Source: Eledone cirrhosa
Taxonomy: Eukaryota
Assembly (NCBI GenBank): GCA_964016885.1
Contig: CAXHJY010000567.1
Location: forward strand, 1 to 64,000
Reading direction: 5' to 3'
Length of the DNA: 64,000 bases
Part shown: positions 51,269 through 64,000 of the stretch, piece by piece
How positions within the stretch are numbered: position 1 is the first letter of the stretch
How the letters are laid out: each line of letters opens with the position of its first letter
The notes under the pieces: model-generated
Told to the model about the DNA's origin: nothing
What the model saw: only the letters and a program-made list of their open reading frames with translations
Database searches by the model: none
Program-made: the position numbers and the translations under genes

Positions 51269-51827
51269 GACACACATACGTGCGCTCTAATTTGGCGTAA
51301 TGAGGTGAGGGGGGAGGGGAATTTACACAGAAACGCAAGAGCGATGTAGGAGGATGAGAAGAAAAAGAAGTTGAAGAAGAAGGGGAAGAAAAAGAAGGAA
51401 TATAAGGAGTGCCTAATAAATCAAAATGGCGATGGGTAGTTTCCTTTCAATTATAGACAAACTGCAATTCCTTCATATAATTCACCACTGGATTCTTAAT
51501 AGTCAGTTCCCTTCAAACATGGATGCCTTTTAAACAGTCGCCCATTAATCATCTCGTAACATATAAAGCGTTCCATCACACACCTCTTTATTTTATATCT
51601 CTCACTCTTACACCTTATTACTCTTCATACACCCTCCTCTTCCCAACACTACTGTCCTTCCTCCTACCCACTGTCCGTTAAATGTTGTGGAGGGGGCGGC
51701 GATGGGGGAGGTAACGTGGGGTTGTTTCAGATTGACAATGTTTACAGCTGGGTAACATTCTATCTCATCATCAGCAATATATTTATGCTTGGATGTGGGT
51801 TTAGCTGTTTATGCATCTGTATGTATG

Positions 51828-51863
<36 letters not shown>

Positions 51864-52046
51864 AATATATATATGTATATATATGGATGTGTGCTTTGAT
51901 GGATGGTTGTACATAATTGTGTGTATATTTTGACGTATGTATATATGCAACTATGATTATGCATGTATATATATGTTTATGTGCGCGTGTATCTGTGGGC
52001 GTGTATGTTTATATGTGCATATATAATTTATATATTATATATACGC

Positions 52047-52087
<41 letters not shown>

Positions 52088-52173
52088 ATTATATTATACA
52101 TATATATGTATTTATGCTCACAAACACACACAGACACACATTAATAAATACATACATATATATATATATATAT

Positions 52174-52224
<51 letters not shown>

Positions 52225-52585
52225 TAGTTATGCATCCACACATACATATATCCATACACATAGATAGCCAGAGAGAGATTGCGAGACGGAGAGAGAGTAA
52301 GAGAGAGTAAAAAGGGAGGAAGAGAAAGTAAAAAGTGATGAGAGAGTGCAGAGATCCAAATATCCCAATACATAGAAAGAAAACATGCTGCAAATTGAAA
52401 TGTTCTCGCTCTGCTCTATTGACAAAGCTCACATTATATAGCCCTCATTTTCCATGGTGGAAGTAAGGACCTTATGAATGCCGCCCTTTAATCTATAAAT
52501 CAATGCGACTCTCTCCTCTACTAATCCAATATTATAACTGCCATAACTTCGTAAGAAGAGGAAAAACTGCAGTTGTCTAGCTAAC

Positions 52586-54770
52586 GTAGTAGTATTTCTA
52601 GTAGTATCATTAATAGTAGTAGTGCTTGTGGTGGTGGTAGTGGTGGTTGTGGTGGTTGTATTTCTAGTAGTATCATTAATAGTAGTAGTGCTTGTGGTGG
52701 TGGTTGTGGTGGTTGTAGTAGTAGTATTTCTAGTAGTATCATTAATAGTAGTAGTGCTTGTGGTGGTGGTAGTGGTGGTTGTGGTGGTTGTAGTAGTAGT
52801 ATTTCTAGTAGTATCATTAATAGTAGTAGTGTTTGTGGTGGTGGTAGTGGTGGTTGTGGTGGTTGTAGTAGTAGTATTTCTAGTAGTATCATTAATAGTA
52901 GTAGTGTTTGTGGTGGTGATTGTGGTGGTAGTGGTGGTTGTAGTAGTAGTATTTCTAGTAGTATCATTAATAGTAGTAGTGTTTGTGGTAGTGGTGTTTC
53001 TAGTAGTAGTATTTCTAGTAGTATCATTAATAGTAGTAGTGTTTGTGGTGGTGGTAGTGGTGGTTGTAGTAGTAGTATTTATAGTAGTATCATTAATAGT
53101 AGTAGTGTTTGTGGTGGTGGTAGTGGTGGTTGTAGTAGTAGTATTTCTAGTAGTATCATTAATAGGAGTAGTGTTTGTGGTGGTGGTAGTGGTGGTTGTA
53201 GTAGTAGTATTTCTAGTAGTATCATTAATAGTAGTAGTGTTTGTGGTGGTGATTGTGGTGGTGATTGTGGTGGTAGTGGTGGTTGTAGTAGTAGTATTTC
53301 TAGTAGTATCATTAATAGTAGTAGTGTTTGTGGTGGTGATTGTGGTGGTGATTGTGGTGGTAGTGGTGGTTGTAGTAGTAGTATTTCTAGTAGTATCATT
53401 AATAGTAGTAGTGCTTGTGGTGGTGGTAGTGGTGGTTGTAGTAGTAGTATTTCTAGTAGTATCATTAATAGTAGTAGTGCTTGTGGTGGTGGTAGTGGTG
53501 GTTGTAGTAGTAGTATTTCTAGTAGTATCATTAATAGTAGTAGTGTTTGTGGTGGTGATTGTGGTGGTGATTGTGGTGGTAGTGGTGGTTGTAGTAGTAG
53601 TATTTCTAGTAGTATCATTAATAGTAGTAGTGCTTGTGGTGGTGGTAGTGGTGGTTGTAGTAGTAGTATTTCTAGTAGTATCATTAATAGTAGTAGTGCT
53701 TGTGGTGGTGGTAGTGGTGGTTGTGGTGGTTGTAGTAGTAGTATTTCTAGTAGTATCATTAATAGTAGTAGTGCTTGTGGTGGTGGTAGTGGTGGTTGTG
53801 GTGGTTGTAGTAGTAGTATTTCTAGTAGTATCATTAATAGTAGTAGTGCTTGTGGTGGTGGTAGTGGTGGTTGTGGTGGTTGTAGTAGTAGTATTTCTAG
53901 TAGTATCATTAATAGTAGTAGTGCTTGTGGTGGTGGTAGTGGTGGTTGTGGTGGTTGTAGTAGTAGTATTTCTAGTAGTATCATTAATAGTAGTAGTGCT
54001 TGTGGTGGTGGTAGTGGTGGTTGTAGTAGTATCATTAATAGTAGTAGTGTTTGTGGTAGTGGTGGTTGTAGTAGTAGTATTTCTAGTAGTATCATTAATA
54101 GTAGTAGTGTTTGTGGTGGTGATTGTGGTGGTAGCGGTAGTAGTATTTCTAGTAGTATCATTAATAGTAGTAGTGTTTGTGGTGGTGGTAGTGGTGGTTG
54201 TAGTAGTAGTATTTATAGTAGTATCATTAATAGTAGTAGTGTTTGTGGTGGTAGTGGTAGTAGTATTTCTAGTAGTATCATTAATAGTAGTAGTGTTTGT
54301 GGTGGTGGTAGTGGTGGTTGTAGTAGTAGTATTTATAGTAGTATCATTAATAGTAGTAGTGTTTGTGGTAGTGGTGGTTGTAGTAGTAGTATTTCTAGTA
54401 GAGTATCATTAATAGTAGTAGTGTTTGTGGTGGTGGTAGTGGTGGTAGTGGTAGTCGTGGTAGTAGTATTTCTAGTAGTATCATTAATAGTAGTAGTGCT
54501 TGTGGTGGTGGTAGTGGTGGTTGTAGTAGTAGTATTTCTAGTAGTATCATTAATAGTAGTAGTGTTTGTGGTAACAGTAGTAGTAGTAATTGTAAGAGTA
54601 GTCGCAAAAGTAGTAGTAGTGGTAGTATGAGTAGTGGTAGTATGAGTAGTGGTTGTAGTACTAGTAGTAGTAGTAGTAGTGGTGGTGGTTGTAGCAGTGG
54701 TAGTGGTTGTAGTAGTAGTTGTAGTAGTAGTAGTAGTAGTAGTTGATGTAGTAGTAGTGGTAGTGGTTTT
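52586..54770. repeat. TAG/TGG-derived minisatellite, ~30 units of roughly 45-80 bp
   Basis: Constant core GTAGTATTTCTAGTAGTATCATTAATAGTAGTAGTG with variable TGG runs. Confidence 0.95.
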
Positions 54771-55048
54771 ATTAGTAGAAAATGACGGTATGGATATAGA
54801 ATATCAATACAAATGCAAAAGATATTGTTGACAATTAGTCTTTTACCTTAAATTTATTTAAATATCCTTAATTTTCGAGAAAATATCTCTTCTTCGGAGG
54901 GGAGTAAACGGGTTAATCCAGCGTTCTAATTAGCTTGCCAAGTCATGCTGACAGGAAATGGTATAGAGATTCTATTCTATCTCTAATGTCAGAGAGTGAA
55001 GGTTAGGTGGATAAAGAGTTGACTCCCTTTTAAAGGGGTTATGTGACC

Positions 55049-55190
55049 TCTTCAGTGACTGGGGATTCTTTTCTTTGTTTTTTGTGCCTCTCCTTTGTTC
55101 TGTCCTAGGCCAAACAAGGAGAGAACAAAGGAGAGGCACAAAGAAAAGAATCCCCAGTCACTTAAGAAGGTGTGACGAAAGAACTTTGAC
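55049..55190. repeat. Fold-back inverted repeat ending in a decayed hammerhead
   Basis: Arms 55049-55101 / 55122-55167. Left arm minus strand has GTCA-CTGAAGA. Right arm reads GTCA-CTTAAGA..GAAA..TGAC. Confidence 0.65.
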
Positions 55191-55551
55191 AATATATAAA
55201 CAACCATCTGGTTGTGGAACCAACCAACCAAACGGAAATTTATAAATTCCTAAATTTATAAATGTATTATAATAAATTGAAGTGACAGCATCTGGTGCGT
55301 GTGTTTCTTATTGGCAACATAACCCTCCCAAAGTATAACAATATCAGTTTCAACAAACGATTTCAGATAAAGAATCTTGCTAAACAAATTCAGAAACGAT
55401 ATATATATATGTATATATATATAGGTATATATGTATATATACACATTTATATACACAAACATTTATTTATAATACTTTCACAGAAAAATATATAGAGATC
55501 TCGATGAGAAGTGTGTGCCCACGGATTGGCACAAATATATACTGACATACA

Positions 55552-55769
55552 CGGCGTGTGGCTGAGTGGTTAGAGAATTGGATTCGCAATCGTAAGGTTG
55601 TGAGCTTGATTCCTGGACCAGGCAATGCGTTATGTCCTTGAGCAAGACACTTTATTTCACGTTGCTCCTTCTACCTGGAGTTGCGATCGATAGGTAGTAT
55701 TATCAATTGGAAATACCAACGGAAACACTGTTCCCTCGGTCCGATTTGACGAAAGTCTATCGTTCCTTT
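55552..55769 (+). mobile_element. tRNA-derived SINE with CORE-like domain
   Basis: Homologous to 2296-2497. Confidence 0.8.
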
Positions 55770-55960
55770 ATACATATCAGTCCACGTTATATAAATATAT
55801 ACATAAGTATATATATATATGGTGACATATATATATAAGTATATATATATATGAGTGTGTGTGTATATATATGTATGTACATATATGTGCGTGCGTATAT
55901 ATATATGTCTATATATATATAGAGAGATAGATATATATGTATATATATATATATACATAG

Positions 55961-55996
<36 letters not shown>

Positions 55997-56115
55997 GCAC
56001 AGACAAATGTATGCTAGTATCAATAATTATATTAGCCTGATATATTGCCAGGGAATTTGATAATTATGCTGGTTAATTTGACAAATGGACCCACGGATTT
56101 TTTTTTTATTTACAA

Positions 56116-56173
<58 letters not shown>

Positions 56174-56201
56174 TATATGCATATATATTTATAACATATA
56201 C

Positions 56202-56252
<51 letters not shown>

Positions 56253-56534
56253 TATAAGTATATATATATAATATATTGTATGTATATATAAATATATATA
56301 TATATATATATGCATGTGTGTATATGTGCAGGAGGTTAACTAAAGATACTATAACCTACATATACCTTTAGGGGTCAGTGTCCCTTTCTACCAGATATAT
56401 CCGATATATGGTAATTATGAGTTCAGGTGTTCCGTTATTCCCTCAATTAATCATTGTGGTATCCCATGTGGAAAAATTTTTTTTGGGAAATATGCATATC
56501 TGTGTGTGTGTATATTTTGTGCGTATGAATGACG

Positions 56535-56588
56535 TATATATATATATATATATATATATAATGTGTGTGTGTGTATATATATTTATAT

Positions 56589-56619
<31 letters not shown>

Positions 56620-56889
56620 GTATATGTATATATCTATATATGTGTGTGTGTATATATATTTATATTATATATATATATATATATGTTTATATATATATAT
56701 ATGTTTATATATATATATATATGCATATATATATGTATATATATGTATATATATATGTGTATATATATATGTGTGTATATATATGTATATATATATATAC
56801 ATATATGTATATATACATATATGTATATATACGTATGTGTATATATATATATACATATATGTATATATACATATATGCATATATACGTA

Positions 56890-56921
<32 letters not shown>

Positions 56922-57215
56922 CATATATGTATATATATGTATGTATATATATATATATACATATATATACATATATGTATATATATATATATATATATAT
57001 ACATATATGCATATATATACATACATATATATATACATATATGCATATATATATATATATATATACATACATATTATATATATATATATATACATACATA
57101 TATGTATATATATACATATATATACATATATATATACATATATATATATACATATATATACACATATATACATATACATATATATACCCATATACATATA
57201 TATACATATATATAT

Positions 57216-57258
<43 letters not shown>

Positions 57259-57272
57259 AATATACATATATA
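56535..57272. repeat. (TA)n/(TACA) microsatellite
   Basis: Directly visible. Confidence 0.95.
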
Positions 57273-57569
57273 TAAATTAAATGCTAGCCCTCTCTTTACT
57301 TTGTTATATACAATATCCTCATCTCTACTCCACATCCCATATAATGATTCATTGCTTTTATCGTTCATAGAATATGCCACTGTGGAATGCGATATACTGA
57401 TACGCTTTCTCTAATGTCCCTTATTAACTCTATTTCCCTCTTTGATCTCCGAATCTTCTAGATTAATCTTATTACGAAACAGTAGAAGATAATCGTTACT
57501 TGAGTTCGTTTTCCTCACTCTCTCCTACTTGCTATTCTACCTTGTGGTCACTGCCCTCCTTGCTTTTTA

Positions 57570-57823
57570 TAACTGTTGCCACCATTGCTGATGTTTATAT
57601 TGTTGTTCTTGTTGGTGTTTTTGTTGTTGTTGTTGTTGCGGTCGTTGTTGTTGTTCTTGCTGCTGTTGCCGTGGTCATTGCTGATGTTTATATTGTTTTT
57701 GTTGCTGTAATTGTTGTTGCTGTCGTGGTTACTGCTGATGTTTATGTTGTTGTTGTTGCTGTTGTTGTTGTTGTTGCTGCTGTCGTGGTCACTGCTGATG
57801 TTTATATTGTTGTTGTTGTTTTG

Positions 57824-57854
<31 letters not shown>

Positions 57855-59645
57855 TGCCGCCGTCGTCGTCGTCGTTGTGGTGCTGGTGGTGGTGGTGGTG
57901 GTTACTGCTGCAGTTGTTGTTGTTTCTGTTGTCGTGGTCATTGCTGATGTTTATATTGTTGTTGTTTTTGTCGTTGCTGTTTCGCTTTCATATTGCTGCT
58001 GTTGTAGTAGTTGTTGCTGTTTTCTTATAAATATTGCTGTTATAGTTGTTGATGTCGTTGTTGTCATTGCTGTTGTTGTTATAAGTGTTGCTGTTGTTGT
58101 TGTTGTTATAGCTGTTGTTATTGTTGTGTTTCCTTACTGATGTTGTTGTTGATGTTGTTGTTATTGCTGCTGTGTTTTCCTATTGCTGTCGTTGTTATAA
58201 TTGTTGCAGTTGTTGTTGTTGTTATAGCTGTTGTTATTGTTGTGTTTCCTTACTGATGTTGTTGTTGATGTTGTTGTTATTGCCCGCTATTGTGTTTTCC
58301 CATTGCTGTTGTTATAGCTGTTATTGTTACTGTGTTGTTGTTGTTGTTGCTGATATTAATGATATTTTTGTGTGTTTTTATTGCTGCTCTGGTTCGTTCT
58401 TATTGCTGCTGTTGTTGTTGTTGTTAATGTTGTTGTTTTTACTTTTCTTCTTATTGTTGTTCTTGTCGTCGTTTTTAATCTTTTGTTGTTATTTGTGTTG
58501 TTGGTGTTGTTGTTATTGTTTGTGTTGTTGTGTTGTTGTTATTGTTTGTGTTGTTGTTGTTATTGTCGTTGGTGTTGTTAACGTTTGTGGGGTTTTTTGT
58601 CGTTGTTAATCTTTTTTGTTGTTCTTATTGATGTTATTGTTGTTTGTGTTGTTGTCTGTGTTGTTGTTATTCTTATTGATGTTGTTGTTGTTATCGTTTG
58701 TATTGTTTTGTCGTTGTTCATCTCTTTGTTGATAGTCTTATTCTTGTTGTTGGTGTTGTTGTTGTTTATGTTGTTATTTTTATGATGTTGTTGTTGCTGC
58801 TGTTGTTATTTTTATTGTTGTTGTTGCTGCTGTTGTTATTTTTATTGATGTTGTTGTTGCTGTTGTTATTTTTATTGATGTTGTTGTTGCTGCTGTTGTT
58901 ATTTTTATTGATGTTGTTGTTGCTGCTGTTGTTATTTTTATTGATGTTGCTGTTTGTTGTTGTTATTTTTATTGATGTTGTTGTTGCTGTTGTTGTTATT
59001 TTTATTGATGTTGTTGTTATCGTTGCTCTCTTTGTTATTATTTTCATTGTTGTTATTATTGTTGTTATTAATATTATTCTTGTGTTTCTTTTTATTGTAA
59101 TTGTTTCTTTTATTAGTATCGTTGTCAACCTTATTGCTATTATTGTTGTTTGTGTTATTGTTGCCGTAGATAGTGCCATAGTTGTTATACGCATTTTTGG
59201 CGTTATTGTTGTTGCTATCAGTTTTATTGTTTTATTATTTTCATGATGCATTTTTCTATTTCTTTCGTTATTATTTTCGTTGTTATTGTTTTTGTCATTG
59301 TTATTATTAATATTATTGTTGCTGTTGTTGTTATTGTAATGTTACTTTTGATTTTCAATGTTGTTGTTGTTGGTGTTGTCCTTATTGCCGATATTATCTC
59401 ATGTATTATTATTATTATTAGTAGTAGTAGTAGTACAAGTAGTAGTAGTTGTTGCAGTAGTATTTGTAGTTATAGTAGCCGTCGTAGTAGAAGTATTAGT
59501 AGTTGTTGTAGAAATAGTAGCAACAGCAAGAACAGCAGCAGTAGTAGTAGCATTGGTAACAGTAGTAGAAGTAGTAGTAGTTGTTGTTATTGCTGTTATA
59601 GAAGTAGGAGCAGCTTTTTTATAATTAGTAACAATAGCAACACCA
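57570..59645. repeat. Degenerate (TTG)n then (TAG)n trinucleotide tract
   Basis: Directly visible. Confidence 0.92.
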
Positions 59646-59649
59646 TAAG

Positions 59650-60596
59650 CAATAATTGTTTCTACTTTAGGCACAAGGCCAGCAATTACCCAGTGCGTTA
59701 CTGGTACTTTATTTTATCGACCCCGTAAGGATGAAAGGCAAAGTCAACCTCGGCGGGATTTGAACTAAAGATCGTAAAGGGACGTAACTATACTGGAAAG
59801 CATGGCGTCCGACCTTCTACTGATACTGCCAATCCACCACCATAAGCAATAATAATAATTGTTTCTACATTTGGCACAAGGCCAGCAATTACGCAGTGCA
59901 TTACTGGTACTTTATTTATCGACCCCGTTTGGATGAAAGGGAAATTTAACCTCGGCAGTATTTGAACTCAGACAATAAAGGGACATAACTATGCTGGAAA
60001 GCATGGCATGTGACCCTCTACCGATACTGCCAATCCACCGCCCTGAAGCAATAATAATAATAATAATTGTTTCTACGTTAGGCACAAGGCCAGCAAATAT
60101 CCAGTGTATTACTGGTACTTTATTTTATCAACCCCGTAGGAATGAAAGGCAAAGTTAACCTCGGCGGGATTTGAACTCAGAAGGGCAAATAATAATAATA
60201 ATAATAATTGTTTCTACTTTAGGCACAAGGCCAGCAATTACCCAGTGCATTACTGGTACTTTATTTTATCGACCCCGTAAGGATCAAAAGCAAAGTCAAC
60301 CTCGGCGGGATTTGAACTCAGATCGTAAAGGGACGTAACTATGCTGGAAAGCATGGCGTCCGACCCTCTACCGATACTGCCAAACCAATAATGATTTATT
60401 GTATAGGCATAAGGCCAATAATTGGTGGGATGGGAAAGGCTACTAACTCGCCCTCAGTACGATACTGGTACTTTATTTTATCGACACCGTAAGCATAAAA
60501 GTCAAAGTTAAACTCTGCGAGATTTGAACTCAGTCCGTAAAGGACTGTAAATCTATGCTGCAAAGCATGGTGTCCGAATCTCTACCGATACTGCAT
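59650..60596 (-). mobile_element. Tandem array of five SINEs (main family)
   Basis: Consensus repeated five times, separated by (AAT)n tails. Confidence 0.9.
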
Positions 60597-60607
60597 AATA
60601 ATAATTA

Positions 60608-62359
60608 CACCGTGTAGCTAATTTCTGTTCCCCGGTTCTAAGTGTCATTTCCTGGTTTGGTATAACACTATTATATAAAAACTCTATTATTTAATCAGAA
60701 GTTTGGGTTTGGGGTCAGGATTTTGGTATTTCGAAATGTTCATATTGTTCAAGAAAAAACACATTTTTTTTAAATTTATCAGTTCATATAATTAATTCAA
60801 CAGAGTATATATTTATTTCATTACACAAGCTTATCACAAGCTTATCAAAAGCAAACAAGTAAAAACAAATAACACTTATAAATCTGCTTATACACGTCAG
60901 AAATTACTGGATTTCCTGGATTTGCAGTTGTAGTCCAGGTCGCATTCCCGCACTAGTCCCCATATATAGTCCCCCATCATTTTTTCATTGTTGTGGCCCT
61001 GGTACCTCCGCTCTATCTCTTTCACATCTTGGTGGAATCGTTCGCCTTGTTCTTCTGAGCAGGCGCCCATATTGTCCTTGAAGTTTTCTAGGTGAGTGTC
61101 CAGCATATGGAGTTTAAGTGACATTTGCATCCCTTGGCGGCAAAAGCCTTTATCAGATCCTGCATCATTTGCTGGTAGTTTTCAGCTCTGTAGTTGCCCA
61201 AGCACCCCTTAACAACTGCATTGAATCAGTTCCACACTGTTCTCTCAATCCTATTGAGCTTATTGGAGAACTCGGTAGACTCAAACACGTTCTTTATCTG
61301 AGGTCCACCAACAATTCCACCTTTGATTTGGGCCTCAGATAACTTGGGGAAGAACTCAAGAAGGTACTTAAAAACGGCTGATTCTTGGTTGAGAGTCTTC
61401 ACAAACTGCTTCATCACCCCCGACTTAATGTGCAGTGGCGGCATGAGCAGAAGCCTGGGATCAACTATTGGCTCCCACATGACGTTCCGGGTCCCAACTA
61501 CAAATTCTGTTCGCTGCTCCCAGTTCTTTCTTGTGTAGAGGTCAGAGGGGGCTCTGCTGTCCCAAAGGCAGAGGAAGCATTGGAATTTGATAAAGCCTCC
61601 TTGTAGTCCAAGCAGGAAAGCCACCATCTTGAAGTCTCCAATTATTTCCCAATTGTACTGGTTGTATTGCAGAGCTTCCAAGAGGACTTTCACACTGTAG
61701 TAATCTTCCTTCAGGCAGACTCAATGAGCTAGGGGCAGTGTCGGGAACATGTTTCCATTGTGGAGGAGGACAGCCTTCAAACTTGTGGTTGAGCTGTCTA
61801 TAAATAGCCGCCACCCCTTGAGCACAAACGGCGACCCAATAACGTCAAACAGTCCAGGCAGGTCATGGCAGAAGCAAAGGCCATCCCTAAGAGTGTAAAA
61901 GCCTGAGAAAGATTAGTGTCTACTTCTCTGACTTGTCACCTGCACTTCCTCCTTCACCAATTTCCACTGCTTCATCCTGGAGACGAATGCTTAAAATACA
62001 ACTTACCCTTTATTCAGGGTGCGAAAATCCAGTATCCATAAATCTCTTTAATCCACTTTTTAACAATTTTATACTCTATTGCACTTTTATAATTTTCTTT
62101 AGGTATTACTCTTTATGTTATAATTTTAATTTAACCTGAAACATATATAAAAAAATAATTTAACATTAGCAAATTAAACTTACATACAACGTAAAATGCA
62201 GTATACATACAAATAATTCTAGTGAATAGCTTAGCATATTTACAAACCCGAACTTTTAACTGTTTAATAGCACTTTTTTTAATTTATTTGGGAACTAAGC
62301 AACACAAAATGTGATTACAAGCCAGGAACAGAGGAAACAAATTTTTTTGTTACACAGTG
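60608..62359 (-). mobile_element. Chapaev3 (CMC superfamily) DNA transposon, decayed, both ends present
   Basis: Termini CACCGTGTAG.../...TTACACAGTG flanked by TTA (60605-60607 and 62360-62362). Contains a transposase relic. Confidence 0.85.
60897..61990 (-). pseudogene. Chapaev3 transposase pseudogene
   Basis: WRLFIDSSTTSLKAVLLHNGN, GDFKMV..LLGLQGG, CFLCLWDSRA, PPLHIK, LKLHML and SEEQGERFHQD..ERRYQG motifs. Several stops and a frameshift. Confidence 0.9.
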
Positions 62360-63018
62360 TTATAGTAATAGTTGTAGAAAGTGTTGTGACCAGCAGATGA
62401 TATCACGAACAAGAGAAAAACTAATAAAAAGACAACAGCTTTCTTGCTACAATCTAAAGATATTTTTTTTTTCTTTTCGTTTTCTTGTTTCACCCACACG
62501 ACCCTTAGATTAGTCATGGTAAAGCAGATTTCCAATTGAACAAATGCTATTGCATTCATGTCCAAACCTTCCATATTGTGTTGTTTTTATTTTATTTTAG
62601 AACAATGTCGTATGCATTGGGATGGACTACTGTCGGCTTTGACGATGATTGCTCCTGTTGACCAATCAATAGAAACGCCTTAACGTTCAATGAAAGTGTT
62701 AGCAACTAAGTATTGCGTAAGCACATACATCTCATAGGTCCCCACCCAGCGCCGTGTTTTTGTATACACACGTACACAAACACGCACACAAACTCCCTCC
62801 CCCCATATATATATATATGTGTGTGTGAGTGTGTGTGTAAAGAAGATATTAAAATATGGTTAAAGAAGTTCCATATATTTTATAAAAATACATACGTATA
62901 TGCATCCTTATATAGATGAATATATATACATATATATATTTATGTATGTATATATGTATGTATATTCATTTATATAAAGATTCATATACGTATGTATTTT
63001 TATATTTATATTATATTA

Positions 63019-63210
63019 GGGTGGTAGATTGACAGTATTGGCAGAGAGTCGGACGGCATGCTTTGTAGCATAGAGTTACGGCCCTTTACGGTATGAGTTC
63101 AAATCTCACCAAGGTTAACTTTGCGTCTCATCCTTAAGGTGTCGATAAAATAAAGTACCAGTAATGCACTAGAATAATTGCTGGCCTTGTTCCAAAAGTG
63201 GAAACAATTA
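63019..63210 (+). mobile_element. SINE (main family)
   Basis: Full consensus. Confidence 0.85.
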
Positions 63211-63313
63211 CATTATACTATATTATATTATATTATAGTATATTATATGCAAGGTGATACCCTGGCTGGTAATTGTAACTGACTCGAAGTGTCTTGATAT
63301 ATATATATATATT

Positions 63314-63401
<88 letters not shown>

Positions 63402-63511
63402 AAAGAATAGAGGTGTAACACACGAGTTGTGATATATTAGTAAAAGGAAAAGAAAATGGTGACAAATTTTTCCCAGCGAAAAGTAGCAAACATCACGAGC
63501 ACTCTATCTCA

Positions 63512-63557
63512 AAATTATTTTTGAAAAGCATTAGAAATGCGCAACGGGTAATAATTT
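63512..63557 (+). ncRNA. Decayed hammerhead-like motif with U3-A8 core variant
   Basis: AAATTAT(tt)-TTGAAAA-GCATT aga AATGC-GCAA-CGGG-TA-ATAATTT. Confidence 0.4.
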
Positions 63558-63664
63558 ATACCTAAAACTGAATACTAACCAATACTTATTACTAATTTAT
63601 ACTTATTCCTAATTCCTATTTTTCACCGGGAAAAATTTGTCAGCATATTCTTTTCCTTTTAGTA

Positions 63665-63706
<42 letters not shown>

Positions 63707-63822
63707 ATACATATGTATACATCAGTGTGTGTGAAAGAAAGTATTACACCGAAAAAGATATAGAGTTCGGTGAGAAATGAGAGTATACATTTATTGGCTT
63801 TAACCCATGCGGAGGAATATGG

Positions 63823-63863
<41 letters not shown>

Positions 63864-63866
63864 CTA

Positions 63867-64000
63867 TATTCCGGGTTGAATCGGAGGTAACTACAATAAG
63901 TAAGGTACTCAATACATAGCAGAGTATAAACGTTTCTACTTTTATTTTCTACTATAAAAGATTCCTGATGATTTCTAAATTAATGAAAAAGTTCTAGTCT
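63867..64000. mobile_element. Family B element, second copy (runs off the window)
   Basis: Inverted tail matching 41786-41850, then GATTC-CTGATGA-...-GAAA..GTTCTAGTC at 63960-63999. Confidence 0.7.

Noticed and set aside
52622-54412. 596-aa poly-Val ORF and the Leu/Pro minus-strand ORFs
   Set aside because: Alternative frames of a trinucleotide minisatellite with implausible composition
59650-60596. Regularly spaced repeats resembling a CRISPR array
   Set aside because: Units are ~150-200-bp SINEs with Pol III boxes. No unique spacers, no cas genes, eukaryotic context.

Overview
AT-rich, microsatellite-dominated eukaryotic DNA. The SINE families resemble those I know from octopod cephalopods (inference, not verified). 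No host protein-coding gene can be called with confidence, and almost all listed ORFs are translations of (TA)n, (TATG)n, (TTG)n or (TAG/TGG)n repeats. Recognisable content: (1) about 20 copies of two tRNA-derived SINE groups, often in tandem or nested arrays; (2) LINE relics: RTE reverse transcriptase and RTE 3' end, CRE-type endonuclease tail, CR1/L2-like 3' end, probable L1/Tx1 ORF1; (3) a decayed Chapaev3 DNA transposon with both ends and a TTA duplication; (4) small MITEs; (5) a 1.3-kb tandem duplication carrying clustered GTCACGTGGT E-boxes. The most notable signal is at least five distinct short Penelope-like families, all in (TA)n tracts. They carry type I hammerhead ribozymes (three with intact cores, two with a U3-A8 core variant, several halves), fold-back inverted repeats and a shared TATTGAGTAC-like subterminal motif. 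Also notable: a pair of paralogous TATA/Inr promoter-like modules 7.1 kb apart with no downstream ORF, and a Thr-rich, N-sequon-rich reading frame in a 2-kb minisatellite. All structures were folded and aligned by eye.
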